A stretch of DNA of 64,000 nt. Origin: a virus (lineage: Duplodnaviria > Caudoviricetes). The notes beneath the pieces were generated by a model that had not been told where the DNA came from, ran no database searches, and was given only the letters and a program-made list of their open reading frames with translations. Of the stretch, positions 19,778-30,712 are shown one piece after another (position 1 is the first letter of the stretch; each line of letters starts with the position of its first letter). A program made the position numbers and the translations under genes. The stretch is taken from IMG/VR virus record IMGVR_UViG_2711768162_000009, positions 1 through 64,000 of that record. One strand, written 5' to 3'.

Positions 19778-22114
19778 ATGCACGTTATCAAGCGTGACGG
19801 CTCGCGTGTGCCGTCTGACCTCGAAAAGATCGAGCGTTGTTTGTTCTGGGCGATTGGCGGCCTCAAGGGCGTCAGTGCCAAACCTGTCATGAAGCAAGTC
19901 GAAGCCAACCTCTACGATGGCATCGAGACGTCCAAGATTCACACCATTCTGACCCAGGCTGCGGCCGACCTGATTGGCGTAGAAGAAGGCTTCCATCCGA
20001 ACTACGCCCTGGTCGCCGGCCGACTCGAGATTTTCCGGGCGCGCAAAGAAGCCTACGAGCAGTTCGAATACCCTCACCTCGCCACTCACACCCAGCACCT
20101 GATCGAGCAAGGCGTCTATGACAAGGAGCTGCTGGAGCCCTACACCATCGAGCAGCTTGAAGAGCTGAACGACTATATCCGGCCTGAGCGGGACATGATG
20201 TTCCACTACGCCGGTTCGCTTCAGATGACCTCGAAGTATCTGATCAAGAACCGTGTGTCCGGCCGCATCTACGACGCTCCGCAGCACGCGGCAATGCTGA
20301 TCGGCATGGCAGTCCTGCCGACGCACTACGAAGGCGACGAGCTGATCCAAGAGGTCAAAGACTTCTATGACGTAGTGACCAGCTTCGAAGGCTCCCTGCC
20401 GACACCTATCTGGGGTGGGGTGCGCACGCCTCTACGTCAGTTCTCTTCCTGTGTGGTTGTTGAAGCCGGCGACTCCCTGGCAGAGATCAACGCAGCCTGT
20501 GACGTCGCGAGTCTCTACGGCGCTGCACGAGCTGGCCTTGGTGGAAACCTGGGCATGATTCGGGCTGAGGGCTCTTCTGTCCGTGGTGGCCTGGCCTATC
20601 ACACTGGCGTCGTGCCCTTTGCCAAGAAGTTCGAGGCTTCCGTGAAGGCGTGCTCACAGGGCGGCATCCGCGGTGCCTCCGCCAACATGATGTGGCCGCT
20701 TTGGCACCTGGAGCTTGAGAACCTGGTGGTGCTCAAGAACAACAAGGGCCTTGAGCTGAACCGCGTGCGCCGGATGGATCACACCTTCCAGATCAACGGC
20801 TACCTCTGGCAGCGGCTCCAGCAAGGCAAGGACATTACGCTGATCTCCCCGCATGAAGTGCCGGGGATGTATGACGCCTTCTTCGCTGACACAGCCAAGT
20901 GGGTCGAGCTTTACGAGGCTGCCGAAAAAGACGCGAGCGTCCGCAAGAAAACCATGAGCGCCGTCGAGGTGTTCACCATGCTCTTCCTCGAGCGTGGCGA
21001 GACCTCCCGCGTTTACATCATGAACGTGGACCACTGCAACACGCACAGCTCGTTCATCACCGAGATCGCACCGATCCGGATGACGAACCTCTGCGTGGAA
21101 ATCACCCTGCCGACCAAGCCTCTCCTGACCGTGGACGATCCCAACGGCGAGGTGTCGCTCTGCACACTGGCCGGCGTCAACATGGGTCGTGTCGGACTGG
21201 ACAAGCTGCGTCGCGTCGTTCGCGTTCTGGTCAAGTTCCTCGATGCCTTGCTCGACTATCAGGACTACGTGGTGCCGGCCGCACGCAATGCCACCAAGAA
21301 ATATCGTCCTCTGGGTATCGGCGTCACTAACCTCGCCAACTGGATTGCCAAGCACGGCGCCCGTTACAGCGATGGCTCCGCCAACAACCTCGTTCACGAA
21401 TACATGGAGGCTTTCCAGTTCTATCTGATCGAGGCATCAGTGGATTTGGCGAAGCGCTTTGGCGCATGTCCGGGCTTCCACGCTACCAAGTATTCACGGG
21501 GCCTGCTGCCGATCGACCACTACAAGAAGGCCGTGGACGATCTGCACGACGAACCGCTGCACCTGGATTGGGATTGGCTGCGCGAGCAGGTGCTGGCACA
21601 CGGTATGCGCAATGGCACCCTATCAGCGCAAATGCCCTGCGAGTCCTCCAGCCAGGTCTCCAACAGCACCAACGGCATTGAGCCGGCACGAGAGCTTGTA
21701 TCGGTGAAGGGCAATGCTGACTTCTCCATCACCCAGGTCGTGCCAGATTACGAAGAGCTGAAGGACGCCTACGAAACCCTCTGGGAGATGCCTGACAACA
21801 TGGGCTATCTGGCGATCTGCGGCATCATGCAGAAATTCTTCGACCAGTCCCTCAGCACCAACACCAACTACAACCCGGCCAGCTACGAAGACGGCATGGT
21901 GCCGATGGAACAGATGCTCTACGAGGCGCTGTTCTTCTATCGCATCGGCGGGAAGACCCTCTACTACTCGAACCTGCGCGACGGTCAGGGCGACGAGGAT
22001 CAGGCTGGGAAAGGCGACGAATCCCATTCTGTAGAGAGTGCCGAGGCATCAGCCACCTCGCCTGCTGACTTGCTTGACGGCGCTGCGTGTGCCGGCGGCG
22101 GCTGCTCCCTCTAA
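19778..22114 (+). CDS. nrdA: class Ia ribonucleotide reductase alpha subunit
   Basis: ATP cone (VIKRDG), PTP, FSSC, GGIRG, NLCVEI, SLCTL, KTLYY, C-terminal CxxxxC. Confidence 0.96.
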   Translation: MHVIKRDGSRVPSDLEKIERCLFWAIGGLKGVSAKPVMKQVEANLYDGIETSKIHTILTQAAADLIGVEEGFHPNYALVAGRLEIFRARKEAYEQFEYPHLATHTQHLIEQGVYDKELLEPYTIEQLEELNDYIRPERDMMFHYAGSLQMTSKYLIKNRVSGRIYDAPQHAAMLIGMAVLPTHYEGDELIQEVKDFYDVVTSFEGSLPTPIWGGVRTPLRQFSSCVVVEAGDSLAEINAACDVASLYGAARAGLGGNLGMIRAEGSSVRGGLAYHTGVVPFAKKFEASVKACSQGGIRGASANMMWPLWHLELENLVVLKNNKGLELNRVRRMDHTFQINGYLWQRLQQGKDITLISPHEVPGMYDAFFADTAKWVELYEAAEKDASVRKKTMSAVEVFTMLFLERGETSRVYIMNVDHCNTHSSFITEIAPIRMTNLCVEITLPTKPLLTVDDPNGEVSLCTLAGVNMGRVGLDKLRRVVRVLVKFLDALLDYQDYVVPAARNATKKYRPLGIGVTNLANWIAKHGARYSDGSANNLVHEYMEAFQFYLIEASVDLAKRFGACPGFHATKYSRGLLPIDHYKKAVDDLHDEPLHLDWDWLREQVLAHGMRNGTLSAQMPCESSSQVSNSTNGIEPARELVSVKGNADFSITQVVPDYEELKDAYETLWEMPDNMGYLAICGIMQKFFDQSLSTNTNYNPASYEDGMVPMEQMLYEALFFYRIGGKTLYYSNLRDGQGDEDQAGKGDESHSVESAEASATSPADLLDGAACAGGGCSL

Positions 22115-22139
22115 CCATATCCAGAAGAGTAAGTAAGTC

Positions 22140-23300
22140 ATGAGTTACACAACCTTCAACACCAAGCAAGTCGATACCGTCCGCGAGCCCATGTTTCTCG
22201 GCCAGGGGCTGAACGTTGCACGCTATGACCGCGTGAAGCACCGCTTCCTCGATCGGGCAACACGCGAGCAGTTCGCCCAGTTCTGGATGCCCGAGGAAGT
22301 CGACCTGAGTCGGGACAAGTTCGAGTTCTGGAACGTGCTGAACGACGACCAGCGCTACATCTTCCTGGCAAACCTGCGCTACCAGTCTCTTCTCGACTCA
22401 GTTCAGGCTCGCGCCCCGATGCTGGCCTTTGGTCCGCTGATCTCTGTGCCGGAGCTGGAGACGTTCACCGTTGTCTGGCCGTCCTTCGAGGCCATTCACG
22501 ACTTCAGCTACACCCACATCATCCGCAACGTCTTCCCCGATGCGGGCGAGGTGTTCGATGGCATCGTGGTCGACGAGAACATCGTCAATCGGACTGAGGC
22601 GCTGACTCGGGCTTACGACGAGCTGATCGAGCTTGGCATGATCTACTCGGTCTATGGCTACGGCTACCACATGGTGCCCTCTCGCAACGAGCGAGTGCTG
22701 ATCACTCCGAGCCTGATGCGTCGCTCCATCATCAAGGCGCTGGCTGCCGTCAACGCTCTTGAGGGCATCCGGTTCTACGTGTCGTTCCTGTGCTCGTTCG
22801 CTTTCACCGAGAAGCTGCACTGCATGTCAGGCAACGCCAAGATCATCCGCTTCATTGCTCGTGATGAGGCGCTGCATCGCAAAGCCATCGGAGACGTGCT
22901 GAAGACCATTGGCAGCGGCAAGGAAGGTCCGGAGTGGAAGGCTGACTTTGAGGCCACCAAGGATGAGGTCTACCAGATTTTCCGCGAGTGCTACGAGCAG
23001 GAGCTGGCCTGGGCCAATCATCTGCTGAGCGAAGGTCGTAAGCTGCCGGGTCTGACTGTCGAGATTCTTGATGGTGCCCTGCGACTCTTCACCAACCAAA
23101 CGATGGCTGGAGCCGGCTACGCGCCGATGTTTGAGCGTGAAGCGGCTCATCCAGTGCCCTGGGTCAACAAGTATCTCTACAGCGGAAACGTCCAGGTGGC
23201 GCCACAAGAGGCCGAGATCAGCTCCTACCTGCTGGGCCGCATCCGCACTGACTTCAGGCTCGAGAAGCTGCGTGAGGTTGCTTTGGATATTGAAATATAA
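22140..23300 (+). CDS. nrdB: ribonucleotide reductase beta subunit
   Basis: FWMPEE, LDSVQ, EAIH..SY, LEGIRFYVSF, RDEALH, APQE.E. Confidence 0.95.
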   Translation: MSYTTFNTKQVDTVREPMFLGQGLNVARYDRVKHRFLDRATREQFAQFWMPEEVDLSRDKFEFWNVLNDDQRYIFLANLRYQSLLDSVQARAPMLAFGPLISVPELETFTVVWPSFEAIHDFSYTHIIRNVFPDAGEVFDGIVVDENIVNRTEALTRAYDELIELGMIYSVYGYGYHMVPSRNERVLITPSLMRRSIIKALAAVNALEGIRFYVSFLCSFAFTEKLHCMSGNAKIIRFIARDEALHRKAIGDVLKTIGSGKEGPEWKADFEATKDEVYQIFRECYEQELAWANHLLSEGRKLPGLTVEILDGALRLFTNQTMAGAGYAPMFEREAAHPVPWVNKYLYSGNVQVAPQEAEISSYLLGRIRTDFRLEKLREVALDIEI

Positions 23301-23321
23301 GTAACCGACTACTTATACTTG

Positions 23322-23353
23322 GCGGGCCTGCTGCGGCAGTGCCCGCTTTTTTT
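23322..23353 (+). terminator. rho-independent terminator
   Basis: GCGGGC...GCCCGC followed by T7. Confidence 0.75.
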
Positions 23354-23433
23354 GTGCTCGTTTGCCTGAGTGACAAGCGAGACGATAGCTAAGTCAGCGA
23401 TGACTGACACACCACATAAACGAGGAAACACAC

Positions 23434-24201
23434 ATGACACCGGCTCAACACTTTCTGGACCTGGACAAGATCGTCGCGATGGTGCGCGAATTCCATGAGG
23501 TCTTCGGCCACCCTGTCGCTGACGAGCCGACAAAGCTCTCTGCAAAGCGTGCGTTTGAGCGCATGGGCTACCTGGCAGAAGAGTTCCTTGAGGGCTACAC
23601 CGCCTCCATCAGCCGCAACAAGGTGGGTGTAGTTGACGCGATGGCTGACGCCATCTACTTCGGTGCCGGCAACCTGGTCGAACAGGGTGTTGCCAGCGAC
23701 TTCTTCGAGCGGTTCGCCATCGACAGGGAAATCGACGAAGCATCCTTCGTAAACCGCGCTCGCGAGGCATGGTCACGCCATGAAGACGACGACTTCGCGG
23801 AACTCCGTCGCTGCTTCGCTGGCACCCTTGCCGACCTGAGTGACGACATGAGCAGCGATGCTGAGCAGATGGACCTGAGCGGCATGAGCGAGGATGTGGT
23901 CGCCGGCATCTCCGCGATGATGTTTGCTGCCTTCAACGTCAGCCCGCTGGAAGTTCTGACTGAAGTTCACCGCTCGAACATGAGCAAGCTGCTGCCGGCA
24001 TCCTTAAAGGATGAAGAGGCTTGCGTTCAGTTCATGCTCGAGCACGGCAGCCCTGCCCCCATTTCCGAGCTGGCCTTCACTCGTATTGATGACGGTCGCT
24101 GGATTGCAAAGCACACCGGCACCAACAAGATCATCAAGAATCCGCTCTTCTCTGAGCCTGATCTGGCTCCTATCTGCAAAGTTGCGAAAGCGGCCGCGTA
24201 A
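23434..24201 (+). CDS. MazG-like / PRA-PH nucleotide pyrophosphohydrolase
   Basis: VREFH..FG, EE..E, DAMAD..Y, EVHRSNMSK, KIIK. Confidence 0.85.
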   Translation: MTPAQHFLDLDKIVAMVREFHEVFGHPVADEPTKLSAKRAFERMGYLAEEFLEGYTASISRNKVGVVDAMADAIYFGAGNLVEQGVASDFFERFAIDREIDEASFVNRAREAWSRHEDDDFAELRRCFAGTLADLSDDMSSDAEQMDLSGMSEDVVAGISAMMFAAFNVSPLEVLTEVHRSNMSKLLPASLKDEEACVQFMLEHGSPAPISELAFTRIDDGRWIAKHTGTNKIIKNPLFSEPDLAPICKVAKAAA

Positions 24202-24286
24202 CCCTCCTGCATGGGCTCATGGAGCGCCTAAGTGCGCTCCGTGATCATAGTCATAGCTTACTTACTATCGACACGGAGAGAGCCCT

Positions 24287-24379
24287 ATGGCGCTTCTAAA
24301 AGGCACCGCAGTCACCTTCGCACTCCTACTGGGAACCGCGGACTACACCCCGCTCATTCACACCATCCTGGGATACTGA
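24287..24379 (+). CDS. 30-aa hydrophobic peptide
   Basis: RBS GGAGAG; [30 protein letters not shown]; abuts thyA. Confidence 0.45.
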   Translation: MALLKGTAVTFALLLGTADYTPLIHTILGY

Positions 24380-24380
24380 C

Positions 24381-25430
24381 ATGTTGACCCCCGACGACAT
24401 TTACCTCGATACCGCCGAAATCATCGCGGACGAGGGCATCATGAAGAGTGATCGCACCGGCACCGGCACGATCTCCGTCTTCGGCCAGCAAATGGCTTTC
24501 GACCTGACCGGCGACAAACTACCTCTGCTCACCACCAAGAAGCTGGTGTTGCGGTCGATCATCCATGAGCTGATCTGGTTCCTTCGTGGCGAAGGCAACA
24601 TCGCCTACCTCAAAGAGAACGGCGTGGGGATCTGGGATAGCTGGGCGGACGAGAATGGCGACCTGGGGCCGGTTTACGGTGTTCAGTGGCGCCATTGGCA
24701 GGACACTCGAATCGTCAGCGCCGACCAGCTTGATGACCTGGAGAAGCAAGGCTTCACGGTGATCGGTGAGGTCTCGTTCGGAAAGTATGCGGTGCATCGT
24801 GAAATCGACCAGATCGCCTCGATACTTGAACAGCTCCGCAACAACCCGGACTCGCGCCGGATGATCCTCACTGCCTGGAACCCTTCGGTTGTTGAAGAAC
24901 AGGCACTGCCGCCTTGCCACACCCTGGTTCACTTCTACAGCCAGGAGCTGTCACCCCTTCAGCGCCGGCAGATCGCCAAGACTCGCGCAGACATTCGCAA
25001 GTGCGCCGGCCATCCGATTTCCGAGGCTGAATGTGCGCTGCTCAATGGGGACGATGTAACCGACCAGCAGATCGCTGAGTTGGTGCCGGCCACTCGCGGG
25101 TTGTCCTGTCACCTGTATCAGCGGTCTGGCGACTTCTTCCTCGGCGTGCCTTTCAACATCGCCAGCTACTCTCTACTGACTCACATGCTGGCGAAGCTCG
25201 TGGGCATGGAGCCGATGGAATTCGTTCACACCATCGGCGACGCGCACATCTACACCAACCACGTCGACCAGTTGGCTGAGCAGATGAAGAACGAGCCAAA
25301 GGAAGAAGTGCCCTTCGTCACGCTGGAGAACGCTGAGCGGTATCAAGACCCTGCCGAATATCGCTTCGAGGATATTCAGGTTCACAACTACCACCACCAC
25401 CAGTTCATCAAGGCGCCCGTCGCCGTCTGA
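24381..25430 (+). CDS. thyA: thymidylate synthase
   Basis: [46 protein letters not shown]. Confidence 0.97.
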   Translation: MLTPDDIYLDTAEIIADEGIMKSDRTGTGTISVFGQQMAFDLTGDKLPLLTTKKLVLRSIIHELIWFLRGEGNIAYLKENGVGIWDSWADENGDLGPVYGVQWRHWQDTRIVSADQLDDLEKQGFTVIGEVSFGKYAVHREIDQIASILEQLRNNPDSRRMILTAWNPSVVEEQALPPCHTLVHFYSQELSPLQRRQIAKTRADIRKCAGHPISEAECALLNGDDVTDQQIAELVPATRGLSCHLYQRSGDFFLGVPFNIASYSLLTHMLAKLVGMEPMEFVHTIGDAHIYTNHVDQLAEQMKNEPKEEVPFVTLENAERYQDPAEYRFEDIQVHNYHHHQFIKAPVAV

Positions 25431-25517
25431 CTCAGTAGCGCGGCTTCAACGTCGCGCTACTCCCCCTCTCCTTCGCATCAGACAATGACACTACACGAAG
25501 AAAACGGAGCATTTTCA

Positions 25518-25892
25518 ATGCCTTCGAACAAAACCGTGACGCTTGAAGAAGTTCAGGCGGCAGAGTTTTTCCATCTCTACCAAGAAGCTCTCGAGCAGTC
25601 GATGTGGCCGGGGCTCGAGGGCAACAAAGCCATCCCGCTCGACTACATGAGCATCGGCATGGCGCGAGAGGTGCTTCTACAGATCGCAAGCGGCGCCGTT
25701 GAGGGCCTGGAGCTGAACCCGAACCTCAAGCTGCGCTGGATCACCACCCTGGAGCGCATTACGCGCCACCGCATCAAGAGGAATGACCATGAACAATCCG
25801 GAATGGGGAGCGCTGAGTTTCTTGACCCGCATACAGCCAGAGCCGGAAGCGCCTCAGCAAAGCACGTCGAATTCAATCCCCAAGAGCGCTGA
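25518..25892 (+). CDS. hypothetical protein
   Basis: RBS GGAG; overlaps the next ORF by about 100 nt. Confidence 0.55.
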   Translation: MPSNKTVTLEEVQAAEFFHLYQEALEQSMWPGLEGNKAIPLDYMSIGMAREVLLQIASGAVEGLELNPNLKLRWITTLERITRHRIKRNDHEQSGMGSAEFLDPHTARAGSASAKHVEFNPQER

Positions 25893-26157
25893 CGTGGCGT
25901 CTCGAACAAACATGGTGAGAGCTGAGCCGGAAGGCATCAAGCGCTTCGCTATGGGTCTGAATACAGCTTGTTGGCCCGGTAAGGGCACTCGGATTACGCC
26001 CCTGGAAAGCATGGACAAGCAGCACATTTTGAACGCCAAGCGAATGCTAGAGGCGGGCCGGCACGGGGTGCTGGCGAAGAGTCCCGCTATTCAAAAGCGC
26101 TGGATCGACCTCTTTCACCAAGAACTGAACAAGCGACTCGAGGAAGAAACGAAATGA
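25789..26157 (+). CDS. hypothetical protein
   Basis: RBS GAGGA; stop overlaps the next start (ATGA). Confidence 0.6.
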   Translation: MNNPEWGALSFLTRIQPEPEAPQQSTSNSIPKSADVASRTNMVRAEPEGIKRFAMGLNTACWPGKGTRITPLESMDKQHILNAKRMLEAGRHGVLAKSPAIQKRWIDLFHQELNKRLEEETK

Positions 26158-26786
26158 GCCAACACCATTACACCTGCCGCGCAAAGAAGATCCTTCAGCT
26201 CGCCATCGGCATGAACGGCGGCACTACCCTCTTCACGGTCGACACCTTCAAGGGCTCCGAGCAAAGCCGCATCAACGGCGGCACGTTGACCATCAGCGGT
26301 GACTTCGGCCCCTGGGGCTACACCTGGACTCACTGCGGCGAAGGCTCCTTCTTGGACTTTCTCACGGGTCTGAGCTTCGACTACGCCATGAACAAGCTGG
26401 CCTCCAGATCAGAGATGCAGCGCTTTGATGACGACGGCACCAGGAAAGAGATCGTCCGACGCATCATCGAGCTGCGCCGCGAAGGGGTTCTTCAACGTGA
26501 GCAGGCTCGGGCCTACTACGACGGCGTTCAGGACCACTCGTTCTGTGATCATCATGAGGTCATAGAAGTGCTGTCGGATATTGCCTGGCATGAGTCAGTC
26601 AACAATGGCGACTTCTGCTACAGCCGGCCAACGACGCTGTTCGAAGCGGTCTACGGCAACGACCCCTACAACGTGAGTCTGTGTCACTCACCAGCAGCCT
26701 ACCTGGAAACCTTCTGGGAGCACGTCTGGCCGGTTTTCCTTGTGGAGCTAGGGAAAGTCCTTGCCGAGCAGGAGAACGCCGCATGA
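26154..26786 (+). CDS. hypothetical phage protein
   Basis: 210-aa coupled ORF; LTISGDFG..W motif typical of phage hypotheticals. Confidence 0.75.
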   Translation: MSQHHYTCRAKKILQLAIGMNGGTTLFTVDTFKGSEQSRINGGTLTISGDFGPWGYTWTHCGEGSFLDFLTGLSFDYAMNKLASRSEMQRFDDDGTRKEIVRRIIELRREGVLQREQARAYYDGVQDHSFCDHHEVIEVLSDIAWHESVNNGDFCYSRPTTLFEAVYGNDPYNVSLCHSPAAYLETFWEHVWPVFLVELGKVLAEQENAA

Positions 26787-26968
26787 AGCAATACAGAGTG
26801 GGTTTGACGTGCTGTGTGCGCCCGCAAGCGCCCGCCGTGGACGTCAAGCAGATCAAGGCCAGCGACAAGCAGGCAGCCATCCATCGTTACCTCAACTTGA
26901 TGCCCGCGGATAAGGTTCGATCCGTTGGCGATACATGGAAGCCTTTTGCTCAGGAGATCGAGTCATGA
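26783..26968 (+). CDS. hypothetical protein
   Basis: RBS GGAG; ATGA coupling at both ends. Confidence 0.6.
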   Translation: MKQYRVGLTCCVRPQAPAVDVKQIKASDKQAAIHRYLNLMPADKVRSVGDTWKPFAQEIES

Positions 26969-27447
26969 ACCGCTACGTAACGGTCTTCACCGATGCCTCG
27001 TTCTGTCCCAACACGAAGGTTGCCGGCTGGGCAGCTTGGATCAAGCACGATGAGCCGGCTCGCACGGAGCGCTTGTCCGGGGTCGAAATGAATGTGGCAG
27101 GCAGCAACGACGCAGAGGTGCTGGCCCTCAAAGAGGCACTGAGCTTCATTGAGGCCAACATTGCCCTCGAAGAGAAGGTAGTGGTGATCCAGGCGGACTG
27201 TCAGTCGGCCATCCAAGCGATCAAAGACAGAGCAATGGCTTTGAAGGACCGGGGCGCCGTCTTCGTCAAGATGAAGTGGGTCAAGGGGCACCAGGGCGTT
27301 AGAAACCCGCGTTCTGCGGTGAATACCTGGTGCGACAAGCAGGCACGCAGCCTGATGCGCGAGGTGCGAGACAACATCTACCGCGATACGGGCGTCTGCG
27401 ACACGAAATATGGCCCGAAGCCTGTCATGCCGGAGGTGTCCCAATGA
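26965..27447 (+). CDS. ribonuclease HI
   Basis: FTDAS, SNDAE, QADCQ, WVKGH, N.WCD motifs. Confidence 0.85.
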   Translation: MNRYVTVFTDASFCPNTKVAGWAAWIKHDEPARTERLSGVEMNVAGSNDAEVLALKEALSFIEANIALEEKVVVIQADCQSAIQAIKDRAMALKDRGAVFVKMKWVKGHQGVRNPRSAVNTWCDKQARSLMREVRDNIYRDTGVCDTKYGPKPVMPEVSQ

Positions 27448-27836
27448 AGGACTTGGTAAAGCTGCTCGAGACCATCAGCGATGAACGCCATGACGGCAAT
27501 GGCCCTGTCGTATATGAGTGCCTTCCCACCGAGACATTTGGGGTTCGAGACGACAGCTCGCTTATCACCGGACTGGTGCTGGAGCCGCTGGTGGTGATGG
27601 GATACGACTGCCTGAGCGAGAGTCTGAGCGAGCTGGGTGTTGATGCGCAGGTTGAGATGCCAGAGGGCGGCCTCAAGGAAGGCTCGCTCTATATCCCCAC
27701 CGTGATCAACGTCAGCCGGGACTGGGAGTCGGGCGTCGTTGACGACTGGGATGTGGGATTGGTTGAGGTCACAGATGCCGACGAGATCGCCAGATACCGC
27801 AAGCTGGCGAGGGAAGAGGCTGAACATTTGTCTTGA
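27444..27836 (+). CDS. acidic hypothetical protein
   Basis: RBS GGAGG; coupled ORF. Confidence 0.7.
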   Translation: MKDLVKLLETISDERHDGNGPVVYECLPTETFGVRDDSSLITGLVLEPLVVMGYDCLSESLSELGVDAQVEMPEGGLKEGSLYIPTVINVSRDWESGVVDDWDVGLVEVTDADEIARYRKLAREEAEHLS

Positions 27837-27943
27837 TCACTCAGTAAGCCGTTACTTATACTTGGACCGCAGAGGGGCTTCGCGCCCCTCTCGTCGTCTC
27901 TCTACAGTATTCAAAGCAACACACGACAAGCGAGGAACAGACA

Positions 27944-28054
27944 ATGGGGATTCCACAGGAAGACATGCTCGACATTGAAGAGGCGATCGCCCAGCACCGG
28001 GCTAACCTCGAGCAAGAGCTTCAAGTGTGCGATAGGGAGGCGGAGCATGGCTGA
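27944..28054 (+). CDS. 36-aa hypothetical protein
   Basis: RBS GAGGA; overlaps the next start. Confidence 0.45.
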   Translation: MGIPQEDMLDIEEAIAQHRANLEQELQVCDREAEHG

Positions 28055-28355
28055 ATTCTGCCGAGAGTGCTGCGTCGAGGTCTGGGGTCGTGATACCGGC
28101 GACCTGAAAGACCTCTGCGACGAGAGCACGCTGGCCTCGGTCATTTGCGAAGGGTGCGGGCCGATTCTGGTAGATCATCAAGGGGTTCGAGTGGAGCGGT
28201 TCAGGGTTATTGAAGAGCGTGAGGGTAAGGGTGACGCCCTGCTCGGCTCTTACAAGTCCCTTGCGGAAGCTGAACATTGGCTGACCCACTACCTGAACCA
28301 CGAACACAACGCATACCTGGTCGATAGCGAGGACAACGATGCCACTCACAAATGA
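28047..28355 (+). CDS. zinc-finger hypothetical protein
   Basis: MAEFCREC...ICEGCG. Confidence 0.7.
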   Translation: MAEFCRECCVEVWGRDTGDLKDLCDESTLASVICEGCGPILVDHQGVRVERFRVIEEREGKGDALLGSYKSLAEAEHWLTHYLNHEHNAYLVDSEDNDATHK

Positions 28356-28659
28356 TCGCATCCGTAAGCTGGCACTGGCCAATGGCTTCAAGCTCAAGCA
28401 CCAACCAGACGGCTCCGAAGACCTGAATCCCTATGTCTTCAACTTTGCCCGCGCTCTGGTGGCCGAACAGACGGCCCAGAATGATGCGCTATGGGAGACG
28501 CTGATCAAGATCGCTGACGCCCTCGATATTGACCCGGAAGAGGCTCGCCAGGAGGACGGCAAGCCGTCAGACGTGTTCATTCGGCACATCAAGAGCCTTG
28601 AGAACACCATCGAGCGTCTTGAAGAGCAGGTCGAGAACCTGGGTGCAGCCGGCGCCTAA
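28339..28659 (+). CDS. hypothetical phage protein
   Basis: LALANGFKLK.QPDG.EDLNPYV motif; RBS. Confidence 0.75.
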   Translation: MPLTNDRIRKLALANGFKLKHQPDGSEDLNPYVFNFARALVAEQTAQNDALWETLIKIADALDIDPEEARQEDGKPSDVFIRHIKSLENTIERLEEQVENLGAAGA

Positions 28660-28749
28660 ATTTGCCCGATTTGATAAGTCAGCGCTTACTGCCTGCGCTA
28701 ACTGATAGAAAATACTCTCACGCAACACAACACACGAAAGGAAAACGAA

Positions 28750-29229
28750 ATGTCCCGTATCGACGTCTTCATGCTTCAGCAGGCCGCCCGCTCCGAGTCC
28801 GCCTCACTGCGAGGCGAGCTGATCCGCACCCGTGCCGAGATGGCCGATCTGCAACAACGCTACGACGAGCTTGCCCTGATGCATGAGGGCCTGGTTCAGA
28901 GCTTCATCGACGCCAATCAAAAGTCTCAGGGTGTGGTGGAGGAACTTGATGCTGCCAAAGAGAAGATCGAGCACATGGATGGCGCCATGAAACTCGCCAT
29001 GCCCCTGCTGTTCAGCGCCTATCAGATCGTTGGCAGCATGAACGAGCACATCAAGAAGTGGAACCGGGCTGAAGATGGCCGAGTGGCCTCGATGCCTATT
29101 GAGCCTGACATGGCGGAGTGCTTCGAGACCGTCCATGAAGCCATGAGCAGCGTGATCAGAGTGCGCGAAGTCAGTGACCTGGAAGGCGTGCTGCGCGAGA
29201 TCATCAAAGCGCGCATGGGGGAAGAGTGA
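28750..29229 (+). CDS. coiled-coil hypothetical protein
   Basis: RBS AAGGA after an operator. Confidence 0.7.
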   Translation: MSRIDVFMLQQAARSESASLRGELIRTRAEMADLQQRYDELALMHEGLVQSFIDANQKSQGVVEELDAAKEKIEHMDGAMKLAMPLLFSAYQIVGSMNEHIKKWNRAEDGRVASMPIEPDMAECFETVHEAMSSVIRVREVSDLEGVLREIIKARMGEE

Positions 29230-29447
29230 TGGATATTCGGACTCTTGGAAAGCCCCTCCGTAGCGCCGACTTCCGACTGCCCAGGGCTCGCGAGCACGAG
29301 ATCAACCGTCAAAACGAGGAAGCACGGGCCGCTTCAGAGCAAGAGATTCGGGTGTCGGTGATTTGCCGCCGGCATCTATCACGACTTCTCACGGGAAGCG
29401 CTACCAGCTTCCAAGCTGACAGGATCAGGGCAATGGAGGGGGCGTAA
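29226..29447 (+). CDS. hypothetical protein
   Basis: Coupled ORF followed by a hairpin terminator (29436-29461). Confidence 0.55.
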   Translation: MMDIRTLGKPLRSADFRLPRAREHEINRQNEEARAASEQEIRVSVICRRHLSRLLTGSATSFQADRIRAMEGA

Positions 29448-29519
29448 GCCCCCTTCTCTTTGCCTCGCACCCTCTCCCCGAACACGGCATAATAAGTAAG
29501 CACTGACTAAGGTGACACC

Positions 29520-30017
29520 ATGAAGATTTCTGCGATTGCACTCGTTGGCAAGAACTGGGAACTCGGCCGAAATAACGACCTCATCTGGAAGCTGCCGGAG
29601 GATATGCGTCACTTCCGGAAGACCACCGAGCACCACGCCATCATCATGGGCCGAAAGACCTACGAGTCGATTGGGCACCCTCTGCCCAAGCGTCGCAACT
29701 ACGTCATGACCTCCAGCGGAAGCGTGTTCACTGGCGACATGAACTGGGTTTCCAGTCTCGACGCTGCGCTGGAAAACGCCTGCCGGACCATGCAGTCCCA
29801 TGCGTTCATCATCGGCGGTGGGCAGGTGTATCGAGAAGCCCTTGAGCGCTCGCTGCCTCACGAGATCATCCTGACTCGGGTCAACGAGCAGGCCGATGAC
29901 GCGGACACCTTCTTTCCGAATATGGATCGAGTCACCAACTACACCGAAACCGCCATCCACCCTCTCGTCGAGGGACTGGCGGACATTCATACCTACACCC
30001 GCAACGACCTGCTGTAA
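29520..30017 (+). CDS. folA: dihydrofolate reductase
   Basis: W.LPEDM.HF, IMGRKTYESIG.PLP.R, IIGGGQVY, DTFFP. Confidence 0.95.
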   Translation: MKISAIALVGKNWELGRNNDLIWKLPEDMRHFRKTTEHHAIIMGRKTYESIGHPLPKRRNYVMTSSGSVFTGDMNWVSSLDAALENACRTMQSHAFIIGGGQVYREALERSLPHEIILTRVNEQADDADTFFPNMDRVTNYTETAIHPLVEGLADIHTYTRNDLL

Positions 30018-30027
30018 GGAACACCAC

Positions 30028-30639
30028 ATGGATCGCTTTGGACTCACCGGCCCTCACAAATCTGGCAAGACAACCCTGGCGAAAGCCGTCGCGAAGCGCT
30101 GGGGCATGAAATACGTGGACATGAACCTCTCTTCAGTGCTGCGCGCCTTTGGCGTCACGCCCAACGTTGAGATCCCCTTTGCTCGCCGGCTCGAGGTTCA
30201 GCGCAACATGGTCAACCACAGCGTCAATCTGCTGAACGAAGCCGACAGCAACTACATCACTGACCGCACCTTTCTCGACATTGCCGGCTACACGCTGAGC
30301 TACATGCCGCATGACGTCTCGGATATTGAAGCGGAGAGCGTGCGGGTGCTGATTGACCAGTGCTACCAGTGCCAGGCGGCTTTCTTCGACAAGACGCTGA
30401 TCCTCGGCAACAGCTTCGAAGTGACCAACGATGCCACCAGCGCTGCGGAGAAGGCGAACTACAACTGGGCCTGGAACTTCCAGCTCCAGACGATCATCAA
30501 GGGACTGGTGCTGAACAGTGCCAATAAGTGCCCGACCAACTTCATCCCTGACGCTGACTCATCCGTCGCGGCACGAATGGACCGCATGGAGCTGCTGATC
30601 AGCGAAGCACAGCGATCTTCCGGCATCAGCCTGCACTGA
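30028..30639 (+). CDS. P-loop nucleotide (dNMP) kinase-like protein
   Basis: GPHKSGKTTL, ITDRT..D. Confidence 0.8.
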   Translation: MDRFGLTGPHKSGKTTLAKAVAKRWGMKYVDMNLSSVLRAFGVTPNVEIPFARRLEVQRNMVNHSVNLLNEADSNYITDRTFLDIAGYTLSYMPHDVSDIEAESVRVLIDQCYQCQAAFFDKTLILGNSFEVTNDATSAAEKANYNWAWNFQLQTIIKGLVLNSANKCPTNFIPDADSSVAARMDRMELLISEAQRSSGISLH

Positions 30640-30712
30640 GGTGGCTTCATGAGAGCTGCTGAACCCCTTTGCTGATCGCAAGACAATGATCCAATCAGCA
30701 CAGGAGAACATC

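Noticed and set aside
4382-22114. Inteins or group I introns in dnaE, recA or nrdA
   Set aside because: Lengths are normal, frames are uninterrupted, and no intein terminal motifs were seen.
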